57,135 nt of DNA from an uncultured bacterium (GTDB taxonomy: Bacteria; Latescibacterota; Latescibacteria; Latescibacterales; Latescibacteraceae), in assembly GCA_964456585.1 (NCBI GenBank), contig CAYWBT010000002.1, positions 1 through 57,135 on the forward strand, read 5' to 3'. A program made the position numbers and the translations under genes. Below the pieces are notes generated by a model. It made no database searches, was not told the DNA's origin, and was given only the letters and a program-made list of their open reading frames with translations. Shown piece after piece: positions 1 to 9,178 of the stretch (position 1 is its first letter; every line of letters starts with the position of its first letter).

Positions 1-976
1 CTGCCCGTGCATCGAGCAGGGATTTCACCGCAAACGCGATCACAAAGACGATAAAGAACCGTGGCGAAACCGGGGAAAGGAGCAGTGCTGCGACCATAAG
101 CAGGTGAAATCCATAGACGATGCCGCCGATAACGATGATCAGCGGGTCGAAATATTTCCCGGTGGACATATGGCGTGTCCTCTGGCGGAAAAAGGATCGA
201 ACATCCCCCGGTGCGCGGGTCAGAACATGGGTAGACTTTTCCGGATTCGTTGCAATTCCCCCCGGATATCGTTTCTGGATACGGTGGAGGAGCAGCGTGT
301 CGTCGCCCGATTGCACCTTCTGGCCTTCACCATACCCGTCAGCCTGCTCGAAAACATCCCGCCGAAACCCGAAATTCCGCCCCGAGGCATGCGTTCCCCG
401 GCCAAGGGCGATACTCCCGGCGGAGAGGACCGCATTCCAGAGATACTCGTGGCGAATGAATGAATTCAATGCGCCCGGCGATGGGATGTATGGTGCCACC
501 CCGGTCACCAGAACTACGCCTTCTTCAAAACGTTTGACCATCCCGGTTATCCAGGATTCCGGAACGATACAGTCCGCATCGGTCTGGAGGATAATCGAGC
601 CCCGGGCGGATGATATGGCGCGGGTCAGTGCATTCTTTTTGGGAGAAACGCCATCCGGCACTAGGAGAACCGTTATAATCTTAAGATTCCCAAAAATCTC
701 CTGAAACCGTCTGACCACCTCGGCGGTACCATCTTCGGATCGGTCATCGGCGATAATAACCTCGAAATTGTCACGTCCATAATCCTGGAGGTACAGCGCG
801 GCAAGACAGGCACCGATCCCCGCACGTTCATTTCGGGCGGCAAGTACAACCGAAACAAACGGTGTTTCTTCGGATACGCCGTGACGCACTGTCCGCAGCG
901 CCTTCAGGATAACGAGCACGAACAGCCCGTAACCCAGGCCGCTTGCGCAGAGAAAGAAAAGATAATATGGCATCAT
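1..976 (-). CDS. Family 2 glycosyltransferase (GT-A fold), 3' end truncated by the window edge
   Basis: Absent from the ORF track because it has no stop inside the window. My minus-strand translation from the ATG at 976 gives MMPYYLFFLCASGLGYGLFVLVILKAL...PFVSVVLAARNE...NFEVIIADDRSEDGT...ILQTDADCIV...QSGDDTLL...FRQRTRH. This is an N-terminal TM helix followed by the GT2 DxD/DAD layout. The frame stays open down to position 1. Confidence 0.75.
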   Translation of the reverse strand, partial: MMPYYLFFLCASGLGYGLFVLVILKALRTVRHGVSEETPFVSVVLAARNERAGIGACLAALYLQDYGRDNFEVIIADDRSEDGTAEVVRRFQEIFGNLKIITVLLVPDGVSPKKNALTRAISSARGSIILQTDADCIVPESWITGMVKRFEEGVVLVTGVAPYIPSPGALNSFIRHEYLWNAVLSAGSIALGRGTHASGRNFGFRRDVFEQADGYGEGQKVQSGDDTLLLHRIQKRYPGGIATNPEKSTHVLTRAPGDVRSFFRQRTRHMSTGKYFDPLIIVIGGIVYGFHLLMVAALLLSPVSPRFFIVFVIAFAVKSLLDARA

Positions 977-1083
977 GTCTACACCACCGGGAAAAAGGTA
1001 CCGGTACCGTTACGACCGGGGGCAACCTAACCATTCAGTAATAAAACAAGTCTATGCATTTACCGCAGAATTACGGCAATAGC

Positions 1084-1113
1084 TTGACAATAGCCTACAT
1101 TTCGGAATATATT
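1084..1113 (+). promoter_or_regulatory. Candidate sigma70-like promoter (TTGACA-N18-TATATT) in the divergent GT2 / L,D-transpeptidase intergenic region
   Basis: TTGACA at 1084-1089 and TATATT about 18 nt downstream, in an AT-rich spacer about 200 nt upstream of the 1318 start. Sequence pattern only. Confidence 0.3.
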
Positions 1114-1317
1114 ATAACTATATAGGTAATTCGATTAAACACCGTACGCAGCGACCGGTACTCGACAAGGCAGCAGGTACACTCAGAATCAATATCAGCT
1201 GTGCAAACCGGTCATCTGCCGGATGTGTAAAAAATGGTATTGGCGCGACGGATCTTATGCGCGCTTCAGTTCATTTGTTAAACGGTCATAGTGGAAAGGA
1301 TACAAAAAGAGGAACCT

Positions 1318-2487
1318 ATGCGCAACTGTCAATATACCGTGAATAGACATATTGTCTTTGTACTCGCTCTCAGTTTTCTTTCACTTCTATCCCCGGCTGG
1401 GTATCCTGGAGCCGGTGAGTCGCCTGCCGAGATTGAAATCCTGAAGAAGGTCGGTTCACGCTCGATACAGCAGGCGTTATCTGACACGGGCGATCTTGAT
1501 GAGACTGCGAAAAGGGTCGGCATCGACCGCCAGGAGTTGGAACAACTCTGTAGAATACTTTCGATCGATCTCAGCTCTTATCAAAAGCAAGTGAGCGTAC
1601 CGGCCGACCCGGTGTCTCTCGAAAAATTCAGCTCGGCAGACTACGAGCCTAGTGTGATCGTCGACTATAACAGCACCTCCCCCTATATTTTAATAGTCGA
1701 AAAAAGCACCCACAAAATTTTCGTTATCAAGCACCGTAACGGGAAAAGCACATTAGAAGGCGTCTTTGAGTGCAAGACCGGTAAAAACCACGGCGATAAG
1801 ACGCAAGAGGGAGACCATAAAACCCCCGAGGGGATATTCTTCCTAGTGGATAAATACGACCGGGCAAAAATCACACGCCTTGTCGGGAAGAGTAATGCCT
1901 ATCAATACGGCGACATGGCGTTCGTTACCAACTTCCCCACCGATATCGATAAATTGAACAAGAAGAATGGCAGCGGAATATGGCTTCATGGCACCGACGA
2001 GGATTTTTTAAACACTCCCTTAGACGACACGAGGGGATGTGTGGTGACAACCAACGAAACGATACAAATCCTCTACAACTATATCAAGCTCCGGGTGACA
2101 CCGCTCATCATCGTTGAAACCCTGGACTTCCTTGACAGGGATGATTATGCGGCGCAGAGAAAACAGTTTCGCGCGACACTCGAGGGTTGGAGAACCGCCT
2201 GGCAGGACAAACAGATTGACGAGTATATCGGGTACTATTCTCCCCTGTTTACAAACAACGGAAGAAATCGCGAGGCATATCGTAATTATAAAGATAACAG
2301 TATATTTAAACGGGTGACAATCAATCACATCGAGCTTGACAACATCATCATGTTGAAACACAAGGGAAGTATGATCATTCAATTCATGCAGGATTATTCA
2401 GCAAGCAACTTGTCCAGCAGAAAACAGAAAACGCTCTATTTTGTCAAAGCTGGGGATTCCTGGAAAATCGTCGCTGAGAAAATTTGA
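1318..2487 (+). CDS. L,D-transpeptidase (YkuD domain) with signal/anchor N-terminus and a C-terminal NTF2/SnoaL-like extension
   Basis: ORF 1291..2487. The ATG at 1318 is preceded by AAAGAGGAA. The YkuD signature is visible: HGDKTQEGDHKTPEGIFF ... GIWLHGT ... DDTRGCVVT (catalytic His and Cys). N-terminus is hydrophobic: IVFVLALSFLSLLSPAG. Confidence 0.8.
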   Translation: MRNCQYTVNRHIVFVLALSFLSLLSPAGYPGAGESPAEIEILKKVGSRSIQQALSDTGDLDETAKRVGIDRQELEQLCRILSIDLSSYQKQVSVPADPVSLEKFSSADYEPSVIVDYNSTSPYILIVEKSTHKIFVIKHRNGKSTLEGVFECKTGKNHGDKTQEGDHKTPEGIFFLVDKYDRAKITRLVGKSNAYQYGDMAFVTNFPTDIDKLNKKNGSGIWLHGTDEDFLNTPLDDTRGCVVTTNETIQILYNYIKLRVTPLIIVETLDFLDRDDYAAQRKQFRATLEGWRTAWQDKQIDEYIGYYSPLFTNNGRNREAYRNYKDNSIFKRVTINHIELDNIIMLKHKGSMIIQFMQDYSASNLSSRKQKTLYFVKAGDSWKIVAEKI

Positions 2488-2505
2488 TGTAACCGAGTTG
2501 GTACA

Positions 2506-3132
2506 ATGTTCAAACCGCCATTTACACTCCTCATTCTAAAAGAATCCCAGAATCCCACAACCATCAGGGTGACCACGGGATCTCTCATTGCATTGAGCGC
2601 TTCCCTCGTGTTCGTTGTCGGTCTCTTAGTTGCCGTTATCATGTTTCTTATTCTCCCGTGGGGTACTACACCTAAAGGTCCTCGCATCTCAGAATCGGTC
2701 TCTGAGGATAGCAAGACTTTCATCGCCGCGTACGAATCACCGGTCCGCGATGGGGAATTATCCGGTATGGAAGAACGTGATATAGAGGATCTCACCATTC
2801 GACAGGGCGAAAATGGCAGCGTGGAGATAAGCTTTACCTTTACCAATACCCGCGCCGACGAAACGCTGTATATCTGGCTCATAGCAAACCCGGATGCGGA
2901 AAAAGCCGGGGACATGATGGTCTATCCCCGCAGTCCGCTTTTTCGTGGCGTTCCGGTGGATTATCGTAATGGCATTCCCTACAAGCCTACCGAGAACAAA
3001 TACCTCAAGGCAACGTTGACCGGCCCCGCAGTAGGCGTCGATCTGGAACGGTTCAGGATATTGGCGTACTCACCGGAAGGGATCAGCGTTCTTGATCGGC
3101 AGTACGTCATAGAACAGAACATAAGGATGTGA
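2506..3132 (+). CDS. Hypothetical membrane-anchored protein
   Basis: 208-aa ORF with a single N-terminal TM segment (LIALSASLVFVVGLLVAVIMFLIL). Packed tightly between the L,D-transpeptidase and the carboxypeptidase genes. I recognise no catalytic motif. Confidence 0.5.
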   Translation: MFKPPFTLLILKESQNPTTIRVTTGSLIALSASLVFVVGLLVAVIMFLILPWGTTPKGPRISESVSEDSKTFIAAYESPVRDGELSGMEERDIEDLTIRQGENGSVEISFTFTNTRADETLYIWLIANPDAEKAGDMMVYPRSPLFRGVPVDYRNGIPYKPTENKYLKATLTGPAVGVDLERFRILAYSPEGISVLDRQYVIEQNIRM

Positions 3133-3138
3133 TGCGCC

Positions 3139-4959
3139 ATGTCATCAGGCAGTATTTTCTTGCATGAGTCTCTGTCTTGCATATCGAGGAGAATGTTGAC
3201 CGGTCGTGCCGTCCTCGCGTGCGTTTTCATTCTTGCCGGAGCATATTTTCTGTCACCTGGTGAATTACCTGCTCAAACCAGGATGGTCACCTACCTGGAG
3301 AATTCCGACCACGAGCTGAAAATTTACTTCATAAACGGCAAGGAATCCGGAAAAACCATGATGATTATCGGCGGCATTCAGGGCGACGAACCCGGTGGAT
3401 ACCTTGCTGCCGATCTGTATGCCGATATGCTGCTCGAACGGGGAAACATGATTGTGGTCCCCCGCGCCAACTTCAATTCGATCAAGAAAAACAGGCGCGG
3501 TGTGAACGGCGACATGAACCGTAAGTTCTCCTATAATCCCACGGAGCCGGAAGATAAAGAACTCCACATCGTCGATATCCTCAAGAGCCTCATGCTCAAG
3601 AGCGATATCCTGCTCAACCTGCACGAGGGATCGGGATTCTACCGGCCCCAGTACTATTCGAATACCATGAATCCCATGCGGTACGGCCAGTCCGTTATTG
3701 CCGATGCCTCGGTCTATACCCTTCCCGATGGGAAACGGATCGAACTGGAAGATATCGCGCAGCGTGTCATTGCAGGAGTGAACAGTAATATTAAAAATGC
3801 CAAACACTTCTTCCAGTTCAACAACCATGATACCCTTTCGGAATATTCGGAACACAAGGAACAACGGAAGAGCGCCACGTTCTTTGCGCTGACCGAGGCG
3901 GGAATTCCCGCTTTCGGCGTGGAAACGTCAAAGAGCATCACAGATATCGAAACGAAGGTGAAGTACGAGACACTGATTATCAACGCCTTCATGTCGGAAT
4001 ATGGCATTATTCCCGAGCATCCGAGCGTTTTTCTTCCCGTTCCCGAACTCGAACACCTCGTCATCCAGATCGAAGGATATACCAATCCGTTTGCGGTAAA
4101 AAACGGAGAAACGCTCCGGATTACGCCGGGCACCTCGATTCATGTCACCTCGGTGGTGGCAAACTACAAGCGGGGGATGTCGATCGATATTTCCGGAGTG
4201 GGGAATATGAACGATCTTGACCGCGTCGCGGTCATTCATTCGCCGGCAACGATCAATGTTTATAAAGATGCGTATCTCTGCGGGAAGGTTACTATTCAGC
4301 TTTTGTCTCTGGACGGGAAAGAAATCGTTCCGGAAACCCCTACGAACTTACCCAGTCTCCTCACCCAGGTTCAATTCAGGGTCGAAAATAAAAATTATGT
4401 TGTATCTGTTGGAGATACTCTACATATTGTACAGGGCGATGTTATGGTCATTACGAAGGCCTGGACAGCGAACCGCGAGGAAACGGGATTCCGTATCAAC
4501 TTCGTCGGATTTGTCGGCAACAAGCTCCGCAACGATGCCGAGGACAGGGGATACCAAATCGATACCGAGCACGATCTCATGAGTGATTGGAGTGTGGACG
4601 GGAGGATATACCGGGTTGAGGCCCAGACATTACCGGAGAGGAAGACAATGGGATCCGTCTACGTTGCCATCGACGAACCTACGATCGACTACCTGATCGT
4701 GGAACGCACCGATGGGGCGAAACTGGCGCTCACCCCCGGTTCGGTCGTGAATTGTGTCAAAGATGAGCGATTCAAGGCGCTCTCGGTTATATCGAATATT
4801 ACCTCTCATCCAGCTGTCGATACCTTCATCAAGGATGGCAACAGCTACTTTAAACGACTCGATTTCCCCGAAGTATTCGAAACGTCATCGGAGATCGACA
4901 TAGAGTTTCGAAGGGGATCTCACCATCTCGGTTCTATTGCATTCAGGATCAGCGGATGA
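3139..4959 (+). CDS. M14/M99-family (Csd4/Pgp1-like) peptidoglycan carboxypeptidase with three C-terminal beta-domain repeats
   Basis: AAGGA lies 11 nt upstream of the ATG. N-terminal TM/signal segment. Motifs: IIGGIQGDEPGG (Gln/Glu metal ligands), VVPRANFNS...R.GVNGDMNRKF, LLNLHEG (His ligand). The C-terminal half contains three similar segments of about 95 aa. Confidence 0.7.
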   Translation: MSSGSIFLHESLSCISRRMLTGRAVLACVFILAGAYFLSPGELPAQTRMVTYLENSDHELKIYFINGKESGKTMMIIGGIQGDEPGGYLAADLYADMLLERGNMIVVPRANFNSIKKNRRGVNGDMNRKFSYNPTEPEDKELHIVDILKSLMLKSDILLNLHEGSGFYRPQYYSNTMNPMRYGQSVIADASVYTLPDGKRIELEDIAQRVIAGVNSNIKNAKHFFQFNNHDTLSEYSEHKEQRKSATFFALTEAGIPAFGVETSKSITDIETKVKYETLIINAFMSEYGIIPEHPSVFLPVPELEHLVIQIEGYTNPFAVKNGETLRITPGTSIHVTSVVANYKRGMSIDISGVGNMNDLDRVAVIHSPATINVYKDAYLCGKVTIQLLSLDGKEIVPETPTNLPSLLTQVQFRVENKNYVVSVGDTLHIVQGDVMVITKAWTANREETGFRINFVGFVGNKLRNDAEDRGYQIDTEHDLMSDWSVDGRIYRVEAQTLPERKTMGSVYVAIDEPTIDYLIVERTDGAKLALTPGSVVNCVKDERFKALSVISNITSHPAVDTFIKDGNSYFKRLDFPEVFETSSEIDIEFRRGSHHLGSIAFRISG

Positions 4960-6059
4960 AAGCTCTAACAGAATTTATAAAAAATAAGATCAGGCGGGTA
5001 CGTTTCAGCAGTCTCAGGCAATTCGAGGACTCTCCGGCTGTCAACATGACACGGATACTCCTGAATCCGAAAAACATCCTGATTATTCCGTACAACCGCA
5101 TGGGAACGATCCTTCTGGCAACCCGCGTATTTAAATCGATCCGCGACCACTATCCCACTTCCAGTATTTCTGTCGCTGCGTACGAACCCTGGAGTGCTCT
5201 CATTTCCAAGGATCCGACTATTGACCGGGTTTTCACCTTCGGCGATGAGATAGAAGATCCGTTCTCCCGGAAGTTTCAACAGATCGGGCAGATGCTCAAG
5301 GAACAGAATTTCGACCTGACCTTCTACCTGTCGTACCAGTTCGACCCGGTCATGGCATATCTGATAAGACTCGCCGGCGCTGATTTACGTGTCGCATTCA
5401 GGAACGATTATGAAGCATCCTATTTCAACGTCGAAATTGTCCCGGCACGCGGTACCATGTATGAAGTCGAACGGTATCTCGAGATGCTCCGTACCCTCGG
5501 TATCGACGGTACTGTCAGGGACTATACGATGAAGATCAACGACAGTATCCGTGAGAAGGCACGAATGCGGTTTCTTCCCGGGTACTCATCGAGCAGGAAC
5601 AACCGATATGCGGGGTTCGATCTGACCAAGGAAATAGCCGGCAATCCCATCGTAAAAAAAGATGCCGAACATGCGATCGGCACCCTCATTTCAGGTTTTG
5701 ATGCCACGGTGATCGTGTTCTTCGAGCCTCATAAAAAAACACTTGCCGCCGAATTGAAGGAAACGTTCGGAAAAAAGTGCATCCTGGTCGAAGACAGACC
5801 GATATCGCTGGTCGCCGGGCTCATGTCGTTCTGCCAGTTCGTGGTAACCCACAACACCGATCTCTTTCAGCTCGCGGTGGCGCTGAAAGTACCAACCATC
5901 GGCGTACTGACCAGTGAAGAGATGATCCAGTGGTCCCCCGTCGAGAACACTCACCTCATCCATCTTGAACTTTCCGGCTCCTGGCCGTCTTCAACAACCA
6001 TCAACCAGACATCGAAACAACTCCTGACCCAGACCGGGCAATCGGTCAACGGGCAGTAG
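4956..6059 (+). CDS. Glycosyltransferase family 9 (heptosyltransferase-like), divergent
   Basis: ATGA start/stop overlap with the upstream gene. GT9-like N-terminus ILIIPYNRMGTILLATRVFKSIRDHYP and C-terminal VVTHNTDLFQLAVALKVPTIGV, the counterpart of the DSGxxHLAxALGxP motif. Confidence 0.6.
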   Translation: MKALTEFIKNKIRRVRFSSLRQFEDSPAVNMTRILLNPKNILIIPYNRMGTILLATRVFKSIRDHYPTSSISVAAYEPWSALISKDPTIDRVFTFGDEIEDPFSRKFQQIGQMLKEQNFDLTFYLSYQFDPVMAYLIRLAGADLRVAFRNDYEASYFNVEIVPARGTMYEVERYLEMLRTLGIDGTVRDYTMKINDSIREKARMRFLPGYSSSRNNRYAGFDLTKEIAGNPIVKKDAEHAIGTLISGFDATVIVFFEPHKKTLAAELKETFGKKCILVEDRPISLVAGLMSFCQFVVTHNTDLFQLAVALKVPTIGVLTSEEMIQWSPVENTHLIHLELSGSWPSSTTINQTSKQLLTQTGQSVNGQ

Positions 6060-6162
6060 TCACGGCATTCACCGGCTGGCAACCTGTTTTCGGAGTGACA
6101 CGGGGAATATTGTCTGTGATGGTACGGTAGCTGTCGACAGCTCGTTAACGTCAGAAGTAATG

Positions 6163-9018
6163 TCATCCTTTCTCGAACCAGTTCTTCACCTGTCCCACGA
6201 GTATCTCGGGATTCTCCACCACGCACACCGTTCCTGGCAGTGAATTCCTGAAAATGGCACCATACCGGGCGGTACTTACACGTTTATCGAGGATAACGAC
6301 AGCACCGCGGTCTGTTCGATGACGGATAAGTCTGCCCACTCCCTGACGCAGCTTGATCGCAGCCTCGGGAACGGAGTATCCGGTGAAGGGATTGCCTCCC
6401 ATTCGTTCAATCTCTTCCATGAGGGCCTGGATGACGGGATCGGTTGGAACCGCAAACGGAAGCCGCATGATCACCACAATCTCGAGGGCGCTTCCCGGCA
6501 CATCGACTCCCTCCCAGAAAGAATCGGTGCCGAAGAGTACCGAGCCGGTCTCCTCGCGGAAACGGCGCAAGATACTGTTCCGGGAACCATCGATCCCCTG
6601 TGCTAGAAGGTGTATTCCCGACCGGAGAAACTGATCCCGCAGGGCATGATATGACTGGAGCAGGTGACCGCGCGAGGTGAAAAGTACGAGCATACCGCGG
6701 CCTATCTCGTTAGCCAGCGAAAAGAGCACGCCATTGGTCTCATCGATAAACTCATCGGATTTCGGGGAGGGAAGGTAGAGCGGTACGACGATCGATGTCT
6801 GAGTGCGGTAATCGAACGGTGAAGCGGCGATGAATTCGACGATTCTGTCACGGGTATCGAGATCGAGGCCGAGACGCTCGATGATATAGGAAAAACTCCG
6901 GGCCACCGCAAGCGTGGCGGACGTCATGATAACCGTTTCCATGTGGTCGTACAGTCCGACAGCAAGCCGCTTGGCAATATCGAGCGGTGCGCTCTTGATC
7001 CTGAGCGAGTAGAAGCTGCCCTCCTCGTTGAATTCGAACCAGAATACGTTCTGTCCCGACGCCTCGACGAGAAAGTCAATATCGTCGATGATAGCCTGCA
7101 GGTCTCCCTGGAGCTCCTCGATCTGGATCATGAGCTCTTCTTTCGCCTCGAGATGACTCGATGAGGCACTCGAGACGATGATCATGACATCGCCGAGGGC
7201 GCCGATCAACGTCGACAAAACCGCCTGGAATGACGCAATCCGCTCACGGTTGGCGTAGAAGACCTCGCAGTCTTTATAAAACCTGAGCTTGCCATCGTGA
7301 CCGGTTCTGCTGCTTTCGGCTGCTGCCACGACTTCTGAGAAGAGGTGTTCGAATAGTTCCCGGGCACTGACGCGCACATGCTTGATTTTGTCTATCGCGT
7401 CTTCGATCGTTGGGGTATTTTCAGCATATGCAGGCCATGCCTTTATCATATCCCGGTTCCACTTGTCAATAACCACTAAAAGCCCATACGACACTTTCCC
7501 GGTGGAATGGAGCCGGTTGAGGACGCGATGAACCCGGTAGGAACTCAGAGTAACTCCGAGAAACTGCATGGCGACTTTCTCGATGTTATGCGCCTCATCG
7601 AACACGATCCGGCTGTACTGACCAAGCACCCCGCCATCCGAAACCATGTCGGAAAATACGAGCGAATGATTGACAATGATAATGTGTGAACGCTGGGCCG
7701 CCTTGCGGACCCGGTTGACATAACACCTTTCACGAGACGGGCAACGCGCTCCCAGACACAGGGGGCTGTCCGAGTTGATTTTTTCCAACAGTCCGCTTTC
7801 GACCACCAGGGGGAAGAAACCGGTTTCGGAAAGATCGCCGGTGAGCGTATGATTGACCCACGAGGCAATTGGTACGAGCAGGCCGCGTTCTTCTTTCGAC
7901 AGGTAGTGCTGGGGCCCGGAAAACAAACGCCGCCATCGGTTGAGACAGATGTAGTTGCCCCGTCCTTTGAGAATCACTGCACGAAACGGAAAACCGATAA
8001 ACTTGTCGAGCAGGGGAATATCCTTGTTGAACAACTGTTCCTGGAGGTTCTTGGTATTTGTGGATATGACAACACGCTCCCGCGACTTCTCTGCCCAGAG
8101 GATCGAGGGAATGAGGTAAGCCAGGGATTTCCCGATTCCAGTCCCCGCTTCGGCGAGGAGTATTTCAGCGTTGTTGAAAGCGGCGGCAATTTTTTCCGCG
8201 AGTGCGATCTGACCGGATCGTTCCTCGTATCCCTCATGATGGCGGGAGAGTGCACCGTCTTCCCGCAAAAGCGACGTCACATACGACACGTTGATCCCGG
8301 GCACTCCCGGTTCCGGGGGAGGACCCTCACCGGTGAAATCACCGAATATATTCTGATTCCGGGGAAGATGTGGCGGAAGCTGCACGCCTGCAGCGTGTCT
8401 CTCCGGCGCCCGTCCCGCCACGTATTCTTGAAGAACCGCCTCGAAGATTTCCTTGATGGCATGATCGCTTCCGGCAGCTATTTTCAGCAACTCTCCAACG
8501 GTGCCCGGCGGTGTGAGTCGCAGCATGTCTATGAGCGCGAGAAAAATCAGTGCGGTCAGGCGCGCATCTTCGAGGGCGCGGTGTCGGGCGCCGGGTTTGA
8601 GGGCGAAAAACTCGATCAGGCTGTCCAAGCTGAATGAGTGCAACTGCGGCAGCATGATACGTGCCAAGTCGATGTTATCAATCGCCTGTCCGGTCGGTAC
8701 ATATCCCGCGTATGTTCGCAGAAATCCCATGTCAAATCCGACATTCTGACCGACAAGATCGGAGTCTCTCGCAAAAGCGAGGAATGACTCGATCACTTCC
8801 CCGGTGGATCGGGCATTCCCGACATCTTCGTTCCGTATCCCGGTCAGGGCGGTGATGAAGGGAGGGATTGTTCTCTCAGGTTTGACAAACTCGGAGAATT
8901 CATCGATAATCGTGCCGTCCTCGACTCTGACAGCGCCGATCTCAATGATCTCGTTCGTCTGCGGATCGAGGCCGGTCGTCTCGAGGTCGAATGATACAAA
9001 TGTGTCCGGGCTCTTCAT
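6163..9018 (-). CDS. dinG: DinG-family ATP-dependent DNA helicase with N-terminal DnaQ-like 3'-5' exonuclease domain
   Basis: Exo I motif FVSFDLETTGLDP..EIIEIGAV and HRALEDA at the N-terminus. Helicase motif I AEAGTGIGKSLAYL, motif II DEAHN, and a C-terminal GVGRLIR motif. Cys pattern C-x62-C-x4-C-x5-C between motifs I and II. Confidence 0.85.
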   Translation of the reverse strand: MKSPDTFVSFDLETTGLDPQTNEIIEIGAVRVEDGTIIDEFSEFVKPERTIPPFITALTGIRNEDVGNARSTGEVIESFLAFARDSDLVGQNVGFDMGFLRTYAGYVPTGQAIDNIDLARIMLPQLHSFSLDSLIEFFALKPGARHRALEDARLTALIFLALIDMLRLTPPGTVGELLKIAAGSDHAIKEIFEAVLQEYVAGRAPERHAAGVQLPPHLPRNQNIFGDFTGEGPPPEPGVPGINVSYVTSLLREDGALSRHHEGYEERSGQIALAEKIAAAFNNAEILLAEAGTGIGKSLAYLIPSILWAEKSRERVVISTNTKNLQEQLFNKDIPLLDKFIGFPFRAVILKGRGNYICLNRWRRLFSGPQHYLSKEERGLLVPIASWVNHTLTGDLSETGFFPLVVESGLLEKINSDSPLCLGARCPSRERCYVNRVRKAAQRSHIIIVNHSLVFSDMVSDGGVLGQYSRIVFDEAHNIEKVAMQFLGVTLSSYRVHRVLNRLHSTGKVSYGLLVVIDKWNRDMIKAWPAYAENTPTIEDAIDKIKHVRVSARELFEHLFSEVVAAAESSRTGHDGKLRFYKDCEVFYANRERIASFQAVLSTLIGALGDVMIIVSSASSSHLEAKEELMIQIEELQGDLQAIIDDIDFLVEASGQNVFWFEFNEEGSFYSLRIKSAPLDIAKRLAVGLYDHMETVIMTSATLAVARSFSYIIERLGLDLDTRDRIVEFIAASPFDYRTQTSIVVPLYLPSPKSDEFIDETNGVLFSLANEIGRGMLVLFTSRGHLLQSYHALRDQFLRSGIHLLAQGIDGSRNSILRRFREETGSVLFGTDSFWEGVDVPGSALEIVVIMRLPFAVPTDPVIQALMEEIERMGGNPFTGYSVPEAAIKLRQGVGRLIRHRTDRGAVVILDKRVSTARYGAIFRNSLPGTVCVVENPEILVGQVKNWFEKG

Positions 9019-9178
9019 CGGAGGGTCCTACTGGTAGGTATTCGGCGGTACCGGGCGGCACATTGATCGGCCGTAACCCTCATAAGATAGCATGGAATCA
9101 CATGAAAAAGAAGTGTTATTTTTTGCATTGGTATGATACGGTCAGGCGACAGGCGGGTTTCATCGATTTACTGCAATG

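Noticed and set aside
104-704. Plus-strand ORFs 104..463 and 120..704 at the window start
   Set aside because: They lie antisense to a continuous minus-strand frame (1-976) that carries clear GT2 motifs. The plus-strand products are Arg/Pro-rich with no recognisable motif, which is typical of shadow ORFs.
6129-6142. 14-nt perfect palindrome AGCTGTCGACAGCT between the convergent GT9 and dinG genes, as a possible bidirectional terminator
   Set aside because: The stem is only about 5 bp around a 4-nt loop and has no flanking T/A tracts, so it is too weak to call.
6163-9018. DinG as part of a defence or type IV CRISPR-like system
   Set aside because: There are no cas-like genes, no repeat array and no other defence-type genes nearby. 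The neighbours are housekeeping or envelope genes, and the architecture matches chromosomal DinG.
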